Assembly: GCA_002422045.1 (NCBI GenBank)
Contig: DITG01000051.1
Coordinates: forward strand, 4,890-57,784
Direction of reading: 5' to 3'
DNA length: 52,895 nucleotides
From: Acholeplasmataceae bacterium UBA6190
GTDB lineage: Bacteria > Bacillota_I > Bacilli_A > Acholeplasmatales > Acholeplasmataceae
Position 1 is the first letter of the stretch, and the number at the start of each line of letters is the position of its first letter. This document shows positions 36,183 to 46,878 of this stretch, piece after piece. The notes under the pieces are model-generated. The model ran no database searches. It had not been told where the DNA came from and saw nothing but the letters and a program-made list of their open reading frames with translations. The position numbers and the translations under genes were made by a program.

Positions 36183-37589
36183 ATGGCACAACAAACGCTT
36201 AAGAGAAAACTTGCATTTGCTTCCGCTGATATTTTTGGCGGAGGTTCGTTTAATATTGTGAACTTCCTGTATCCGGGATTTCTTGCAATCACAGTGGGTA
36301 TATCACCTTATTGGATCGGTGTCATCATGCTGGTCGCACGCATCTGGGATGCGATCACCGATCCCCTCATGGGACACATTTCAGATCGCACGTCATCCAA
36401 GATGGGCAAGCGCAGAATCTATATGGTTTTTGCAGCACCTTTCGTTCTGATCTCGATGTATCTCCTATTTTTCCCCTTTGCATTTCCAGCAGTCAGCCTC
36501 AGAATCATTGCTGTACTGTTATCCTACTTAGTCTTTACAACCGTTCAAACATCAGTCATGATTCCCTATTATTCACTGTCTTCAGAAATCACCAGTGATT
36601 ATCAGGAACGTGCATCATTCAACTCGTATCGTTTAGGATTTTCCATTTTTTCATCGATCATATGTGTCGCTGTTCCAGGAATTGTCGTGGGGCTTTTCCC
36701 AGATAAGGCGATTGGCTATCAAGTGATGAGTTTGTCATTTGGACTTCTCTTTGGATTATCGGTTTTATTCACAGGCTTATTTGCAAGAGAAGAAATTCAG
36801 ACGCCAATCGTCCAAGCCAAGTTGTCCTTTAAGGATATGGCTAAACCTCTGGGACTTCGACCATTTAGACAATATCTGGGCATGTTCTTGGTGCTCCAGA
36901 TGTCCATGGCCATCATGAGCGGACTCTTCTTTTTCTATGTGGATTTCTTCATCACCAAAGATCAGACAGCCAGCGGTCAAGCAACCATGGTCGGTTTGAT
37001 TTCTGCTGCACTGATGTTTTCCATGCAAATTGTCGCACTGCCTGTCTATTTGAAAATGATTGAGAAAAAAGGTAAAACGTATGCCTATCGTTTCGGCGCC
37101 TTTTTATGGATTGCAACTGCTCTTTTCATTCCTCTGATTCCCGCCAATGTGAATCCCTTGGTGATTTATTTGGTTGGAGCACTCATGGGCTTTGGTATAT
37201 CAGGACCAGGACTAGTTCCACACACCATGTATGGCGATGTCGTTGATGCGGGTCAAATCGCTTTCGGCGATCGCTTGGATGGTCAAATGAGTGGATTCAC
37301 CAATTTCATCAACAAGATCGCACAAGCGATTGGACTTGCCATTGTGATGTTTTTGATCGGACTTGCAGGATTCCAGGAACAAGTGCTTGGTGGACCTGCG
37401 GTCGTCAGTCAACCAGATTCTGCAACACTGATGATCAGACTCATCATGATGCTCGCCCCACTGATTTTTATGGGCATTGGTATCTTCATTTCAACCAAAT
37501 ACAAGATTGACGCCAAAAAACAGCACGACATTGCTGAAGCGATCAAACATCCCGAACTTTCCAGAAAAGGACTCATTGAAGAACTTTAA
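36183..37589 (+). CDS. GPH (glycoside-pentoside-hexuronide:cation symporter) MFS transporter
   Basis: RIWDAITDPLMG.ISDRT.SKMGKRR, IPYYSL..EIT.DY.ER and DVVD. Confidence 0.9.
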   Translation: MAQQTLKRKLAFASADIFGGGSFNIVNFLYPGFLAITVGISPYWIGVIMLVARIWDAITDPLMGHISDRTSSKMGKRRIYMVFAAPFVLISMYLLFFPFAFPAVSLRIIAVLLSYLVFTTVQTSVMIPYYSLSSEITSDYQERASFNSYRLGFSIFSSIICVAVPGIVVGLFPDKAIGYQVMSLSFGLLFGLSVLFTGLFAREEIQTPIVQAKLSFKDMAKPLGLRPFRQYLGMFLVLQMSMAIMSGLFFFYVDFFITKDQTASGQATMVGLISAALMFSMQIVALPVYLKMIEKKGKTYAYRFGAFLWIATALFIPLIPANVNPLVIYLVGALMGFGISGPGLVPHTMYGDVVDAGQIAFGDRLDGQMSGFTNFINKIAQAIGLAIVMFLIGLAGFQEQVLGGPAVVSQPDSATLMIRLIMMLAPLIFMGIGIFISTKYKIDAKKQHDIAEAIKHPELSRKGLIEEL

Positions 37590-37592
37590 TTC

Positions 37593-38759
37593 ATGAAAAG
37601 ACCGAACCTATTCTTATTTTTGATTCTTGGATTTCTCGTGAAGATTTTCGCTTATCTCAAGGGTCAACGCATCACACAAAACATCAGAATCAAAGGACCT
37701 GCGATTGCACTTTCCAATCATACATCTTTCTATGATTTTATCTACACAACAGCAGCTCTTTATCCGCATCGAGTCACCTATCTCGCTGCCAGCAAAATGT
37801 TTTATGAACCTGTCACGGGATTCTTTTTACGGCTTGCCAGAGCCATTCCAAAGAGTCTGATGCAAGCAGATCCGGTTGCTACATTAAAAGCTTTTAGAAT
37901 ATTAAAGAACAAAGGATTGATCTCTGTATTTCCAGAAGGTCAGATCTCTCCGACAGGCACTTTATTAGAGCCAGCATTTGCAATTGCGAAGTTCTTGAAG
38001 AAGGCGAATGTCGATGTCTATATCGTCAGACACAAGGGTGCTTATTTCGTGAATCCTCCATGGTCGAAAAAGACCTTTAGAGGACGGATTGAAACTGAGA
38101 AATTTATCATGGCAAAACAACATGAGATTGAATCCATGAGTTTAGATGAGATTTATCATTTGGTTTGTGAAAAGCTTTATGTCTCTTCTTCAGCGTTTGC
38201 TAAAGAGAAAATGTATACATACAAAAAAAATGATATTGCGAATCTAGAGAATGTCATTTATCAGTGTCCCAAGTGTTTGCATGAAGGCTTGCAAGCACAA
38301 TATGATCGCTTGAAATGTCCCAAGTGTTCACATGAACTGATTTATGATAAACATGGGTTACTGAATGGTGAAGGTGTTGATGAACTCTTTAAACTTCAGG
38401 AACAAAGAGCAAGACATGAAGTGGATACAAATCCAGATTATCAAATCACAAGCCGTGCAACACTCATGTCTTTTCGAAACCTTCGCCTTGTTGAAGTAGG
38501 GTCAGGTAGTGTCACACTGAAAAGATTTCAATACATCTATGAAGGTACTGTTGATGGGAATCACGAAGTTCTAAAATTTAATGTCAGTTCAACACCGACA
38601 CTACCTTCAGATATCGGAAGAAACATTCAAATCTATGAAGGCTATCAAATCTATCAATTTGAACTCGATAACCCTTGGCTACCGACCAAATTTGTTCATA
38701 TTGGAGAGTATTTATTTCAAATCAATCAAATCTCAGATCAACAATCTGTGATCAGATAA
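37593..38759 (+). CDS. PlsC-like lysophospholipid acyltransferase with C-terminal CxxC zinc ribbon
   Basis: NHTSFYD (HX4D), FPEG and CPKC...CPKC. Confidence 0.85.
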   Translation: MKRPNLFLFLILGFLVKIFAYLKGQRITQNIRIKGPAIALSNHTSFYDFIYTTAALYPHRVTYLAASKMFYEPVTGFFLRLARAIPKSLMQADPVATLKAFRILKNKGLISVFPEGQISPTGTLLEPAFAIAKFLKKANVDVYIVRHKGAYFVNPPWSKKTFRGRIETEKFIMAKQHEIESMSLDEIYHLVCEKLYVSSSAFAKEKMYTYKKNDIANLENVIYQCPKCLHEGLQAQYDRLKCPKCSHELIYDKHGLLNGEGVDELFKLQEQRARHEVDTNPDYQITSRATLMSFRNLRLVEVGSGSVTLKRFQYIYEGTVDGNHEVLKFNVSSTPTLPSDIGRNIQIYEGYQIYQFELDNPWLPTKFVHIGEYLFQINQISDQQSVIR

Positions 38760-38786
38760 AATCAATCATCATGGGAGGGAAATCAC

Positions 38787-40403
38787 ATGAAATTCTACAA
38801 AGGATGGCTTATGCTATCCATACTCGTTTTACTTTCGGGGTGTTTTGAAAGCACACCGACAGAACCTATTCCAACAGAACCCGAAGAAACCGTCATCGAA
38901 ACTGAAGAGGGTCCTACTGAAGCAGAACTAATTGCGATCTCAAATCAAGTGAGAACTGAAATGCTAGCAGCTATAGAGTCATTTGAGTCCGCAAAAATGA
39001 GTGAGACATATTCGGTGAATTATGAGCGATTCTTAGGTAATCTATTCGTTTACCGGTCAACGCATATGGTTGATGATCTTTATATCATCGAAACCATCAA
39101 AACCCTTCAATATGAATATACTGAAGCATATCTAAAAAGTGAAGAGCTTTGGGTTAACCTGGTTCAAGAAGGCGATTTCTACCATTTAGGATACAGAGAA
39201 CTATATATTCCGGAACTACTCGATTTAGAGTTTACAGATTCCACACGTTATTCAAAAAATGATCTAGGATACCGCATTCAAACGACATTATCTTCCATCA
39301 GTCAATTGGATCAAAAGACACTGAATAACTTGATGACATACATCAGTCTTCAAGGCGGACAAGGTGACACACCGATTGAAATCTTAGTTCGAGTGGATTC
39401 CAATAGGGTCAGTATTGAAATCGATGTTGTCACAGAGACATTTGAGATTCATGAAATCTATCAGTTTTTAATTGGTGTAGTACCTTCAATCACTTTAGAA
39501 GATATCATCCGTTCTGATGCAACAAGCATCAAAGATGTCACCGGATATATGAGTCTAGGACATCGCTACAGTCAACCCGTATCCATGGCGTATGATCTAT
39601 ATACGAGATACCATCTTGAAGCATCAGATTATGTGATCGAAGTCATCTATAATGATTTTTTTCTCATGGATGCATCTGGGAACCCTTTGGAACTTACAAG
39701 TAGTCTGGATCATGGAGCTCGATATGCGTTTTCCATTGAAGAAGCTCAAGATGTATATTTGGTGATTGGCAAAACCAATTTTGTGTTTGTGAATGAAGCA
39801 ATCTATCAAATGGATCAACTTGACTATGAGATCGGAGAAACTTTCTTAGTTATTGAATATACGGAAAGTGAAATCGATATTGATCAAGGCAAAGAATTTC
39901 ATCCCGTTCATATCACCTTTGATACTGAAATTGCGATGGTCTACATCATCTTGACAGAACACATCGATGACATTCATGGACCAGATGGTTTTTACTCGGC
40001 ATCATTTTCCGACTACAGTCGCATCCAATTCAAACCAATGGAAGCAGATCATCCATTCTACATCATACTGACAAAACCTTTGTCATTCTCATTGATTCTT
40101 GGAAATGATGACACCATAGGCGCTTCAGAAATAACACCCTATGTCTTAAGACCATTCATGAGTTATGGGTTCATCGCCTCTCAAGGGTTTAAATCAGACG
40201 TCTTTCAATTGAACATCACTGAAGCGGGACTTTACTCTATAGAAACCAATGGTATGTTCATGAATGTTTTTATCTATAATAGCATGGGGATTAGAATCAC
40301 TTCACCTACTGATATTTTTCAACTACAAACGGGAGCCTACAAGGTCTTGGTTGAAAGCAATTTCTATCAAACTTACGGTATTCGATATGTCAAACTCAAT
40401 TAA
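38787..40403 (+). CDS. Hypothetical lipoprotein
   Basis: Lipobox LSGC followed by a P/E/T-rich linker. Confidence 0.75.
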   Translation: MKFYKGWLMLSILVLLSGCFESTPTEPIPTEPEETVIETEEGPTEAELIAISNQVRTEMLAAIESFESAKMSETYSVNYERFLGNLFVYRSTHMVDDLYIIETIKTLQYEYTEAYLKSEELWVNLVQEGDFYHLGYRELYIPELLDLEFTDSTRYSKNDLGYRIQTTLSSISQLDQKTLNNLMTYISLQGGQGDTPIEILVRVDSNRVSIEIDVVTETFEIHEIYQFLIGVVPSITLEDIIRSDATSIKDVTGYMSLGHRYSQPVSMAYDLYTRYHLEASDYVIEVIYNDFFLMDASGNPLELTSSLDHGARYAFSIEEAQDVYLVIGKTNFVFVNEAIYQMDQLDYEIGETFLVIEYTESEIDIDQGKEFHPVHITFDTEIAMVYIILTEHIDDIHGPDGFYSASFSDYSRIQFKPMEADHPFYIILTKPLSFSLILGNDDTIGASEITPYVLRPFMSYGFIASQGFKSDVFQLNITEAGLYSIETNGMFMNVFIYNSMGIRITSPTDIFQLQTGAYKVLVESNFYQTYGIRYVKLN

Positions 40404-40405
40404 TC

Positions 40406-40438
40406 ATCAGGTGTCCTTATCACCTGATTTTCTTTTTT
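40406..40438 (+). terminator. Intrinsic terminator
   Basis: ATCAGGTG-7 nt-CACCTGAT-T-rich. Confidence 0.7.
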
Positions 40439-40486
40439 CAAAAGAATATGATATGATGAATTAAGGAATTCAAAGGAGGTGCTGGA

Positions 40487-42151
40487 ATGGGAAAAATCAA
40501 TACCTATAGACCCTATATCATTTTAGGTTTTTTCTTGCTGATTTCTAGCATTTTAGCCTTGATGTTTTCTTCTGGTGCATCGAGATTCATTGTTGATAAG
40601 CCCCAGACATTCAATGAGGGTTGGATTTGGATGGATGGCACGGTTTCCACACCAATCGATAGTATTCCCTTTAAACTCGATGTTGGTGCCAATGATCTTT
40701 TAGTGATCACCAATACATTGCCACAAGATTTTCATGACGTGAAGACATTAATGATCAGAACATCCTTGCAAGATTTGACAGTCGAAGTGGATGGACTCAT
40801 CATTTATGAGAAAAAATACCAAGAAGATTCAAAACTTCCACCTTATGCCAGCATGTGGCACATGGTCGAAGTGCCTGCGCACAGCGAAGGAAAAACCATT
40901 TCGATTACACTCGTATCACCCTATGATGCTATGTCTGGCACCATCAATTATTTGTATTTTGGAGAAACCGCAGAATTGTATGCGCATATTTTCAGAACAT
41001 ATGGGTATAGACTTGCTGTTGGACTCTTTGTACTGACAACCGGATTATTGATGATGTTCGCAAGTTTCTTCATCAAGAAGGGTGAAGGACTGAGATACAC
41101 CTATTTAGGATTGTTTGCTGTCACGCTGTCATTTTGGATCATTGCAGAATCTCGAACGATTCAATGGTTTACGGGAAATGAATTCATCATCGGTTCACTA
41201 GCCTATATTTCGCTTGCTATATTTCCAGTACCGATGCTTTATTATCTGAAAAATTACGTTGTAGCACAATATAAACATCTCTATCATGTTCTGATTGGCA
41301 TATTTTACGTTCAGTCCGTTTTGATTACTGTTTTTCATGCGTTTGACATCTCTGATTATTTTGAATCAGTCATATACACTCAGATATTCCTTGTCTTGGG
41401 TATTATCTTAGTCATTACCACACTCGTCTTAGAAGCAACCAGAAATCAGAGTCTAGAGGCAAGAAAAGTCATGAAGTATTTCTCATTCTTACTTGTCTTT
41501 GTGTTATTTGAATTGATCAACTTCTTGCTGGGTAACTTCGAGAATACGTCTGTGTTTGCACTGACCGGTATTGGATTGTTGATGATACTGATGCTCATTA
41601 ATTATGTCAGATATCTCATTAGCAGACTGAAAATCAGTTACGAAAAGGAACTCTATGAGCGTTTAGCCTATCAAGACTGGCTGACTGGCGGGAAGAATCG
41701 ACTCAAGTTTGAGTTGGATTATGACATCTTTTTTAAAGATGACACTTTGAAGAAACAGTTGAGACTGATCTATTTTGATTTGGATTATTTGAAGCAGGTC
41801 AATGATCAATATGGACATCAGGAAGGCGATAAGATCATCAAGAAAGGGTTTGAGCTGATCGAATCCAATTTTGGAGGTTTTGGAGCATGTTACCGGATTG
41901 GTGGCGATGAGTTCAGTTGTCTTGTGATCGGTATGGATGACTTGACATTTAAGACGATGACATTTGCATTCAGATCTGAAATCGAAGTCTATGATGAAAC
42001 GCTGCCTTATGATTTTAGAATCTCAATGGGGACATCGGTTTACCAAGAGGATATTGATAGGAATCCGGATACAATGATGAAACGCGCAGATGATGATATG
42101 TACTGGGATAAGTGCTCATTCAAAGGAAATTGCAAGCGACCACAAAAATGA
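40487..42151 (+). CDS. Membrane-bound diguanylate cyclase (extracellular domain + about 7 TM + GGDEF)
   Basis: DWLTG..NR, DLDYLKQVNDQYGHQEGD, YRIGGDEF and AD..MY. Confidence 0.9.
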   Translation: MGKINTYRPYIILGFFLLISSILALMFSSGASRFIVDKPQTFNEGWIWMDGTVSTPIDSIPFKLDVGANDLLVITNTLPQDFHDVKTLMIRTSLQDLTVEVDGLIIYEKKYQEDSKLPPYASMWHMVEVPAHSEGKTISITLVSPYDAMSGTINYLYFGETAELYAHIFRTYGYRLAVGLFVLTTGLLMMFASFFIKKGEGLRYTYLGLFAVTLSFWIIAESRTIQWFTGNEFIIGSLAYISLAIFPVPMLYYLKNYVVAQYKHLYHVLIGIFYVQSVLITVFHAFDISDYFESVIYTQIFLVLGIILVITTLVLEATRNQSLEARKVMKYFSFLLVFVLFELINFLLGNFENTSVFALTGIGLLMILMLINYVRYLISRLKISYEKELYERLAYQDWLTGGKNRLKFELDYDIFFKDDTLKKQLRLIYFDLDYLKQVNDQYGHQEGDKIIKKGFELIESNFGGFGACYRIGGDEFSCLVIGMDDLTFKTMTFAFRSEIEVYDETLPYDFRISMGTSVYQEDIDRNPDTMMKRADDDMYWDKCSFKGNCKRPQK

Positions 42152-42160
42152 ATCGTAGTG

Positions 42161-42191
42161 TACCCGTGCGTGAGTGCACGGGTATTTTTTT
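42161..42191 (+). terminator. Intrinsic terminator
   Basis: TACCCGTGC-6 nt-GCACGGGTA-T7. Confidence 0.85.
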
Positions 42192-42348
42192 AAGGTAAAA
42201 ACGGAATGAATGACTCATAAATGGATGGAAACACACAAATCTATGCAAAGAATAACTAAAAATAAATAAATAATAATAAAAAATAATAACAAAAAATAAT
42301 TTTTGTGATAGAATGAGTTTATCAACAGGTCATATGGGGGATTCAATC

Positions 42349-44769
42349 ATGAAAAAAGTATTCACATTATTGGGTTTTATCATTTTAGGATTATCTTTGA
42401 TGGGATGTAAAGAGCGATTTGAAGTATCATTTGATACCGATGGTGGAACAAGGATTGAGTCCATCAGGGTTGATGGAAACTCAACTGTCGATCGACCCGA
42501 TGATCCAGAAAGATATGGCCATACATTTATTGGATGGTATGATCATTCCTTAGTCATTCCCTTTGACTTTGATCGCATCATTTCGACAGAAATCACCATT
42601 TATGCAAAATGGGAAGTCAATCTATATTCCATCACTTATGTCGATCATGAGGGGAATCCTTTGATCATCATCACACTTCCTTATGGCTCTTCAGTGGGCA
42701 TCAGTGCCATCGCTGTCCCAGAACGTATAGGTTATCAATCATCCGGATGGAGCCAAACACTACCTGCAACCATGCCTGCAATGGATATCATCATTGCACC
42801 AACATATACACCTAACATTTACACATTAGCTTTACTTTCATTAGAAGAAGAACCCGAGTTTTTAAGTGTCAATTTTGGTGAAGTCATCACACTCCCTGTT
42901 CTTTCAGATGATCACATGACATTTCTAGGATGGACAGAAAACGAAGTTGATGTCATCACAACCTACACACACAGTGTCACTCGAAATCACGGATTATCCG
43001 CAGTTTGGTCATATGAATTAGATGATGTTACCTATTGGCTCATCAATGATCGAGCATACCTAAAATCATATGGTGGCAACGCTATAGATCTCACTATCCC
43101 AGATCAAGTACTTGATTTGGATGTGCTCATGGTACTTGAGGGTGCATTTAAGGATAACCACACACTAGAATCACTGAAACTTGGGAAACATGTCCTTTAC
43201 GTGGATGATTATGCATTCTCAAATATGACTTCACTCAAAACCATTGAAATGATGGATGCGACCAAAGATTTTGGAGATTATGTATTCTACGGTTCAAATG
43301 CCCTTGAGATGATGACTGTATCCAGTGGTATTCATTTAAGTTTAGTTGAACTGTTCGGTGGACTCACTTTCGATATTCCATCAACACTGAGTGATATCAA
43401 GTTTGCATCTGGTGGATTGGGATATAGTTCATATTTCATGCGGATGCTTCCTGATTTAAATATCACCATCGAACTCGGATCATCGCTCACGAGTATTGAG
43501 TCTACGATGTTTTTTGAATCTAGAGTCAATCACTTGGTCATTCCCAAATCAGTAACCTTCATTGATCATTATGGATTAAATGGATTACTATATCTTAAAA
43601 CTGTCACTTTTGAAGAGGGTAGTGCATTGGAGGCGATTGGTGAATATGCGTTTTCTAGCACAGCACTGATCACGATTGAATTACCTGAAAAGGTATCTTT
43701 CATTGATCCTACAACTTTCAGATATGTCAACCTCTTGGAAAATATTGATGTTCATGAAGATAATACACACTTCACTTCAGTTGATGGTGTCCTATATTCT
43801 AAAGACATGAAAGTGTTATACAGATATCCTTCATCTAAAGTGAGTGAGTCTTTTACAATTCCCGATTCTGTTGAGACGATTGAGTCATATGCATTTTCGA
43901 GTGCTTATACCATTGAAAGTATACAATGCTCAGAAAGTAGTCAGTTGAAAGTCATCAATGACTACGTCTTTGTTGGAATGAATAACTTAGAAAGTCTTGA
44001 ACTTCCCGAAGGACTCTTATCGATTGGAATGTACTTATATGGTGATCAATCTAGATTACCTCATGTGATCATCCCAGAATCAGTGGTTTCAATGAAAGCG
44101 AATGCATTTCCCTCCTATATGCTTGTGAAGCATGTGATCTACATGAAGGGCTTAGTACCTGGTGATCTTTTTGAAGAGGGATGGGATAACACACGATTTA
44201 CGATAGTCTTCGGTTATCAAGAAGAAGTGATGCATGAAGGTATCTTATATGCAAAGACCACAGATGGTAGAGCAATCTTAGTGGATGCTGCTGGTTCAAG
44301 ACCAGCAACAAGCATCATCATCCCTGAAATGATTGGAACACATCAAGTGACTGAAATTGGTTCGTTTGCATTTTTATATCATGTGGAACTCATTTCGATT
44401 GAATTACCGACTTCGATTGAATTTATACATACCCAAGCATTTGCAGAGTGCAAATCTTTAGAAGAAATCAATATCAGATCACTGATCCATTTGAAATCGG
44501 TTGGAAGTTATAGTTTTTGTTCAACAAGTTTGGTCGATGTCGTGTTACCGGATGGTCTTGAAAAGATTGGTCAACATGCGTTTTGTGATAATGATGATTT
44601 ACTGAGTCTATATATTCCCGAAAGTGTTTTGTTTGTTGAAGGTGGGATTGTCATGGGGTCTGATTTGGTTGTGATCAGATTAGAAAGAGGTTTAGTTCCT
44701 GAAACGTGGTTTGGATTCTGGAATTACACCAATAGACCCGTTGTATTTAATTATGTTTTAACTGAATAG
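42349..44769 (+). CDS. Surface lipoprotein with InlB B-like repeats and BspA-type leucine-rich repeats
   Basis: Lipobox LMGC; P.R.G..F.GWY...IYAKW; I.....V..I..YAF repeats; F.S.DGVLYSKD...L..YP. Confidence 0.85.
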   Translation: MKKVFTLLGFIILGLSLMGCKERFEVSFDTDGGTRIESIRVDGNSTVDRPDDPERYGHTFIGWYDHSLVIPFDFDRIISTEITIYAKWEVNLYSITYVDHEGNPLIIITLPYGSSVGISAIAVPERIGYQSSGWSQTLPATMPAMDIIIAPTYTPNIYTLALLSLEEEPEFLSVNFGEVITLPVLSDDHMTFLGWTENEVDVITTYTHSVTRNHGLSAVWSYELDDVTYWLINDRAYLKSYGGNAIDLTIPDQVLDLDVLMVLEGAFKDNHTLESLKLGKHVLYVDDYAFSNMTSLKTIEMMDATKDFGDYVFYGSNALEMMTVSSGIHLSLVELFGGLTFDIPSTLSDIKFASGGLGYSSYFMRMLPDLNITIELGSSLTSIESTMFFESRVNHLVIPKSVTFIDHYGLNGLLYLKTVTFEEGSALEAIGEYAFSSTALITIELPEKVSFIDPTTFRYVNLLENIDVHEDNTHFTSVDGVLYSKDMKVLYRYPSSKVSESFTIPDSVETIESYAFSSAYTIESIQCSESSQLKVINDYVFVGMNNLESLELPEGLLSIGMYLYGDQSRLPHVIIPESVVSMKANAFPSYMLVKHVIYMKGLVPGDLFEEGWDNTRFTIVFGYQEEVMHEGILYAKTTDGRAILVDAAGSRPATSIIIPEMIGTHQVTEIGSFAFLYHVELISIELPTSIEFIHTQAFAECKSLEEINIRSLIHLKSVGSYSFCSTSLVDVVLPDGLEKIGQHAFCDNDDLLSLYIPESVLFVEGGIVMGSDLVVIRLERGLVPETWFGFWNYTNRPVVFNYVLTE

Positions 44770-44781
44770 AAGCAGATGATG

Positions 44782-44815
44782 AAAAAGATCTTTGTGGAAA
44801 ACAAGGATCTTTTTT
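44782..44815 (+). terminator. Intrinsic terminator
   Basis: AAAAAGATCTTTGT-ggaaa-ACAAGGATCTTTTT. Confidence 0.75.
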
Positions 44816-44912
44816 GATGTATAGTGTTTAAGGTTGAAATGTGAAAATGGTCGAATCATTATTAATGGGTGATGAAAGTCTCAATGCATACGTGAAATGA
44901 TTACTCAATGGA

Positions 44913-44933
44913 CACTCAATATCTGATTGAGTG
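44913..44933. promoter_or_regulatory. Palindromic operator candidate upstream of an XRE gene
   Basis: CACTCAAT-atctg-ATTGAGTG. Promoter TTGCTT (44953)-17-TATAAT (44976) lies just downstream. Confidence 0.6.
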
Positions 44934-44999
44934 ATGAAATACTCCGGTGTGATTGCTTTCTTGCTCACTTACACATATAATGACTGTCGAGGTGGGACG

Positions 45000-46559
45000 A
45001 TGAGAAATGAAGAAGTGGGGAAACTCCTAAAAGAGTTAAGACTTAAACATAAGTTGACACAAGCAGAACTTGCCAACCGGGTGGGAGTGACCTATCAGGC
45101 TGTTTCAAGATGGGAAAAAGGGATGAATACGCCCAATTTAGATACACTGCTTGCGCTTAAAAACATCTATGGTGTCAGTGTGGATGAATTATTACTCAAT
45201 CAGCAAACGATGCATAAAATTGAAGAAGTCAAAAGTCCAGTCATCTATGAACAGAAACACTGGGTTTTAAGACTATTATTATATCCAGTCTTGATCTATG
45301 TACTGTTTTTAATAGCATTACAGTTTTTTCTATTCTTTCAACCCCAGTATGTTTCTATTGTCTATGCACTTTTCTTCACGGTTCTAACACTTCTGCCGCT
45401 TTATATTTTCAAATTTCAAAAAAGACAAACCGCCTTCATCATCACTTTATCAGCCTTGTTACTCTTAAGTTTTACAACCTTCATGTTCGAACCACATTAC
45501 TTTATGCTTGATGATGTACCCTATATCAAGGAAATCGAAAGCATCGAGATTGAGGAACAAAACTGGAATGTATTCCAGGATATCAAACCATTTGTCAGAG
45601 ATGAGAAAGAGTATCTGCTTGGGTATCATGCGGGTTATGAAGATTTCTTGATTTATGACTTGCAAAAGCCACTTCAAGAGATGAGAAGGATTCTATCGAC
45701 TTCTGATATTATAATTGAACAAGCAGTCATGATTGACGATGATATCTATTTCATCAGTGGCGATGGATCATTTGATCAAAGTTCAACTTTATACCAAATC
45801 AACTGGATTACAGGTCAAATGATTGAACTTGAAACATTTTCAAGTGACTATCGGATCTTTGCAGATGAAATGAATCTCTACTTTCTATCTGAATATGGTA
45901 TAGAAGGCATTCATGACACCGTTTGGAAATGGAATGGATTTGGACTCGACAAAGTGAAAGACTTCAATTACTTTGTTGAAAAGATCATCTACAACCCTCA
46001 TTTCAGATCATTCTTCGTCTCAATGTATCGCATGGATCTACCATTACAAGCCAATATCCACATTTATGATGATACCTTTTTATTTCAACATGAAGTCTTT
46101 GATACTCATCAAGTTGACGATTTAGAAATGAACTTGTTTTGGAATCGTGTAGGAACAACTTTTGAAGGCGAGATTGTCATTTTAATGTATAACAATCCAA
46201 CATATACAGGTATCGATGACCAATTAGGGCTTTACCATTTTACAGGAAATATGTATGTGAAAAATAACGGAGAGATTTACACGTGGGATTTCGCACAACA
46301 TTACATCAATGGTATTGTATCAAAAGATTGGAATGTAGGTTATGCGCGTCAGATGTATGCGATAGGTAGTGGACATCGACATTTGTCAATTGATTTTGAG
46401 GCGTTAAGCTTATACCAAAGAGTAGATACCAATGGGATTGATCAGCTTATTCCTTTGGTAGCAAGAGTATTGATGTTGCTCATCAGCATACCCTTGATTG
46501 CATTAATCTTTGCATATGGTGTCTTAGTTAAGAAAGATATTTCTCAAAACCATCTATAA
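45000..46559 (+). CDS. XRE HTH regulator fused to TM segments and an extracellular domain
   Basis: LKELR....LTQAELA..VGVTYQAVSRWEKG, then 3 TM segments, a large domain and a C-terminal TM. Start MRNEE after GAGGTG. Confidence 0.82.
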   Translation: MRNEEVGKLLKELRLKHKLTQAELANRVGVTYQAVSRWEKGMNTPNLDTLLALKNIYGVSVDELLLNQQTMHKIEEVKSPVIYEQKHWVLRLLLYPVLIYVLFLIALQFFLFFQPQYVSIVYALFFTVLTLLPLYIFKFQKRQTAFIITLSALLLLSFTTFMFEPHYFMLDDVPYIKEIESIEIEEQNWNVFQDIKPFVRDEKEYLLGYHAGYEDFLIYDLQKPLQEMRRILSTSDIIIEQAVMIDDDIYFISGDGSFDQSSTLYQINWITGQMIELETFSSDYRIFADEMNLYFLSEYGIEGIHDTVWKWNGFGLDKVKDFNYFVEKIIYNPHFRSFFVSMYRMDLPLQANIHIYDDTFLFQHEVFDTHQVDDLEMNLFWNRVGTTFEGEIVILMYNNPTYTGIDDQLGLYHFTGNMYVKNNGEIYTWDFAQHYINGIVSKDWNVGYARQMYAIGSGHRHLSIDFEALSLYQRVDTNGIDQLIPLVARVLMLLISIPLIALIFAYGVLVKKDISQNHL

Positions 46560-46602
46560 TCGTTAAGAGAAGTCACGATAAGAATGAATGAAAATCCATT
46601 CA

Positions 46603-46644
46603 TGAACTGTACCCGATAAAGTAGACACAAATAAAGTCTACTTT
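46603..46644 (+). mobile_element. IS3-family (IS150-like) terminal inverted repeat remnant
   Basis: TGAACTGTACCCGATAAAGTAGACAC with internal hairpin AAAGTAGAC..GTCTACTTT; no transposase nearby. Confidence 0.5.
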
Positions 46645-46878
46645 TTTTCTACATTTTGATTGAAAAAAATATCCACCCAACGTTAACTAATCTTTTGTAT
46701 TCTTGATATTTTTAAACCTTATAGGTTCTATTTCAATCGAGTTAAGTGCACATGAACTTCTCAGAATCATATCAACGGATGATAACATCATCAATTTACA
46801 AGGTTAATTAACAGTTAAGTAACAACGTGTTTCATATTTGTCCCCTTTCCCATATAATAAAAGTAAGGAGGCGATACC

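Noticed and set aside
42250..42305. A-rich low-complexity tract
   Set aside because: Most simply an AT-rich upstream promoter element; no regular repeat unit.
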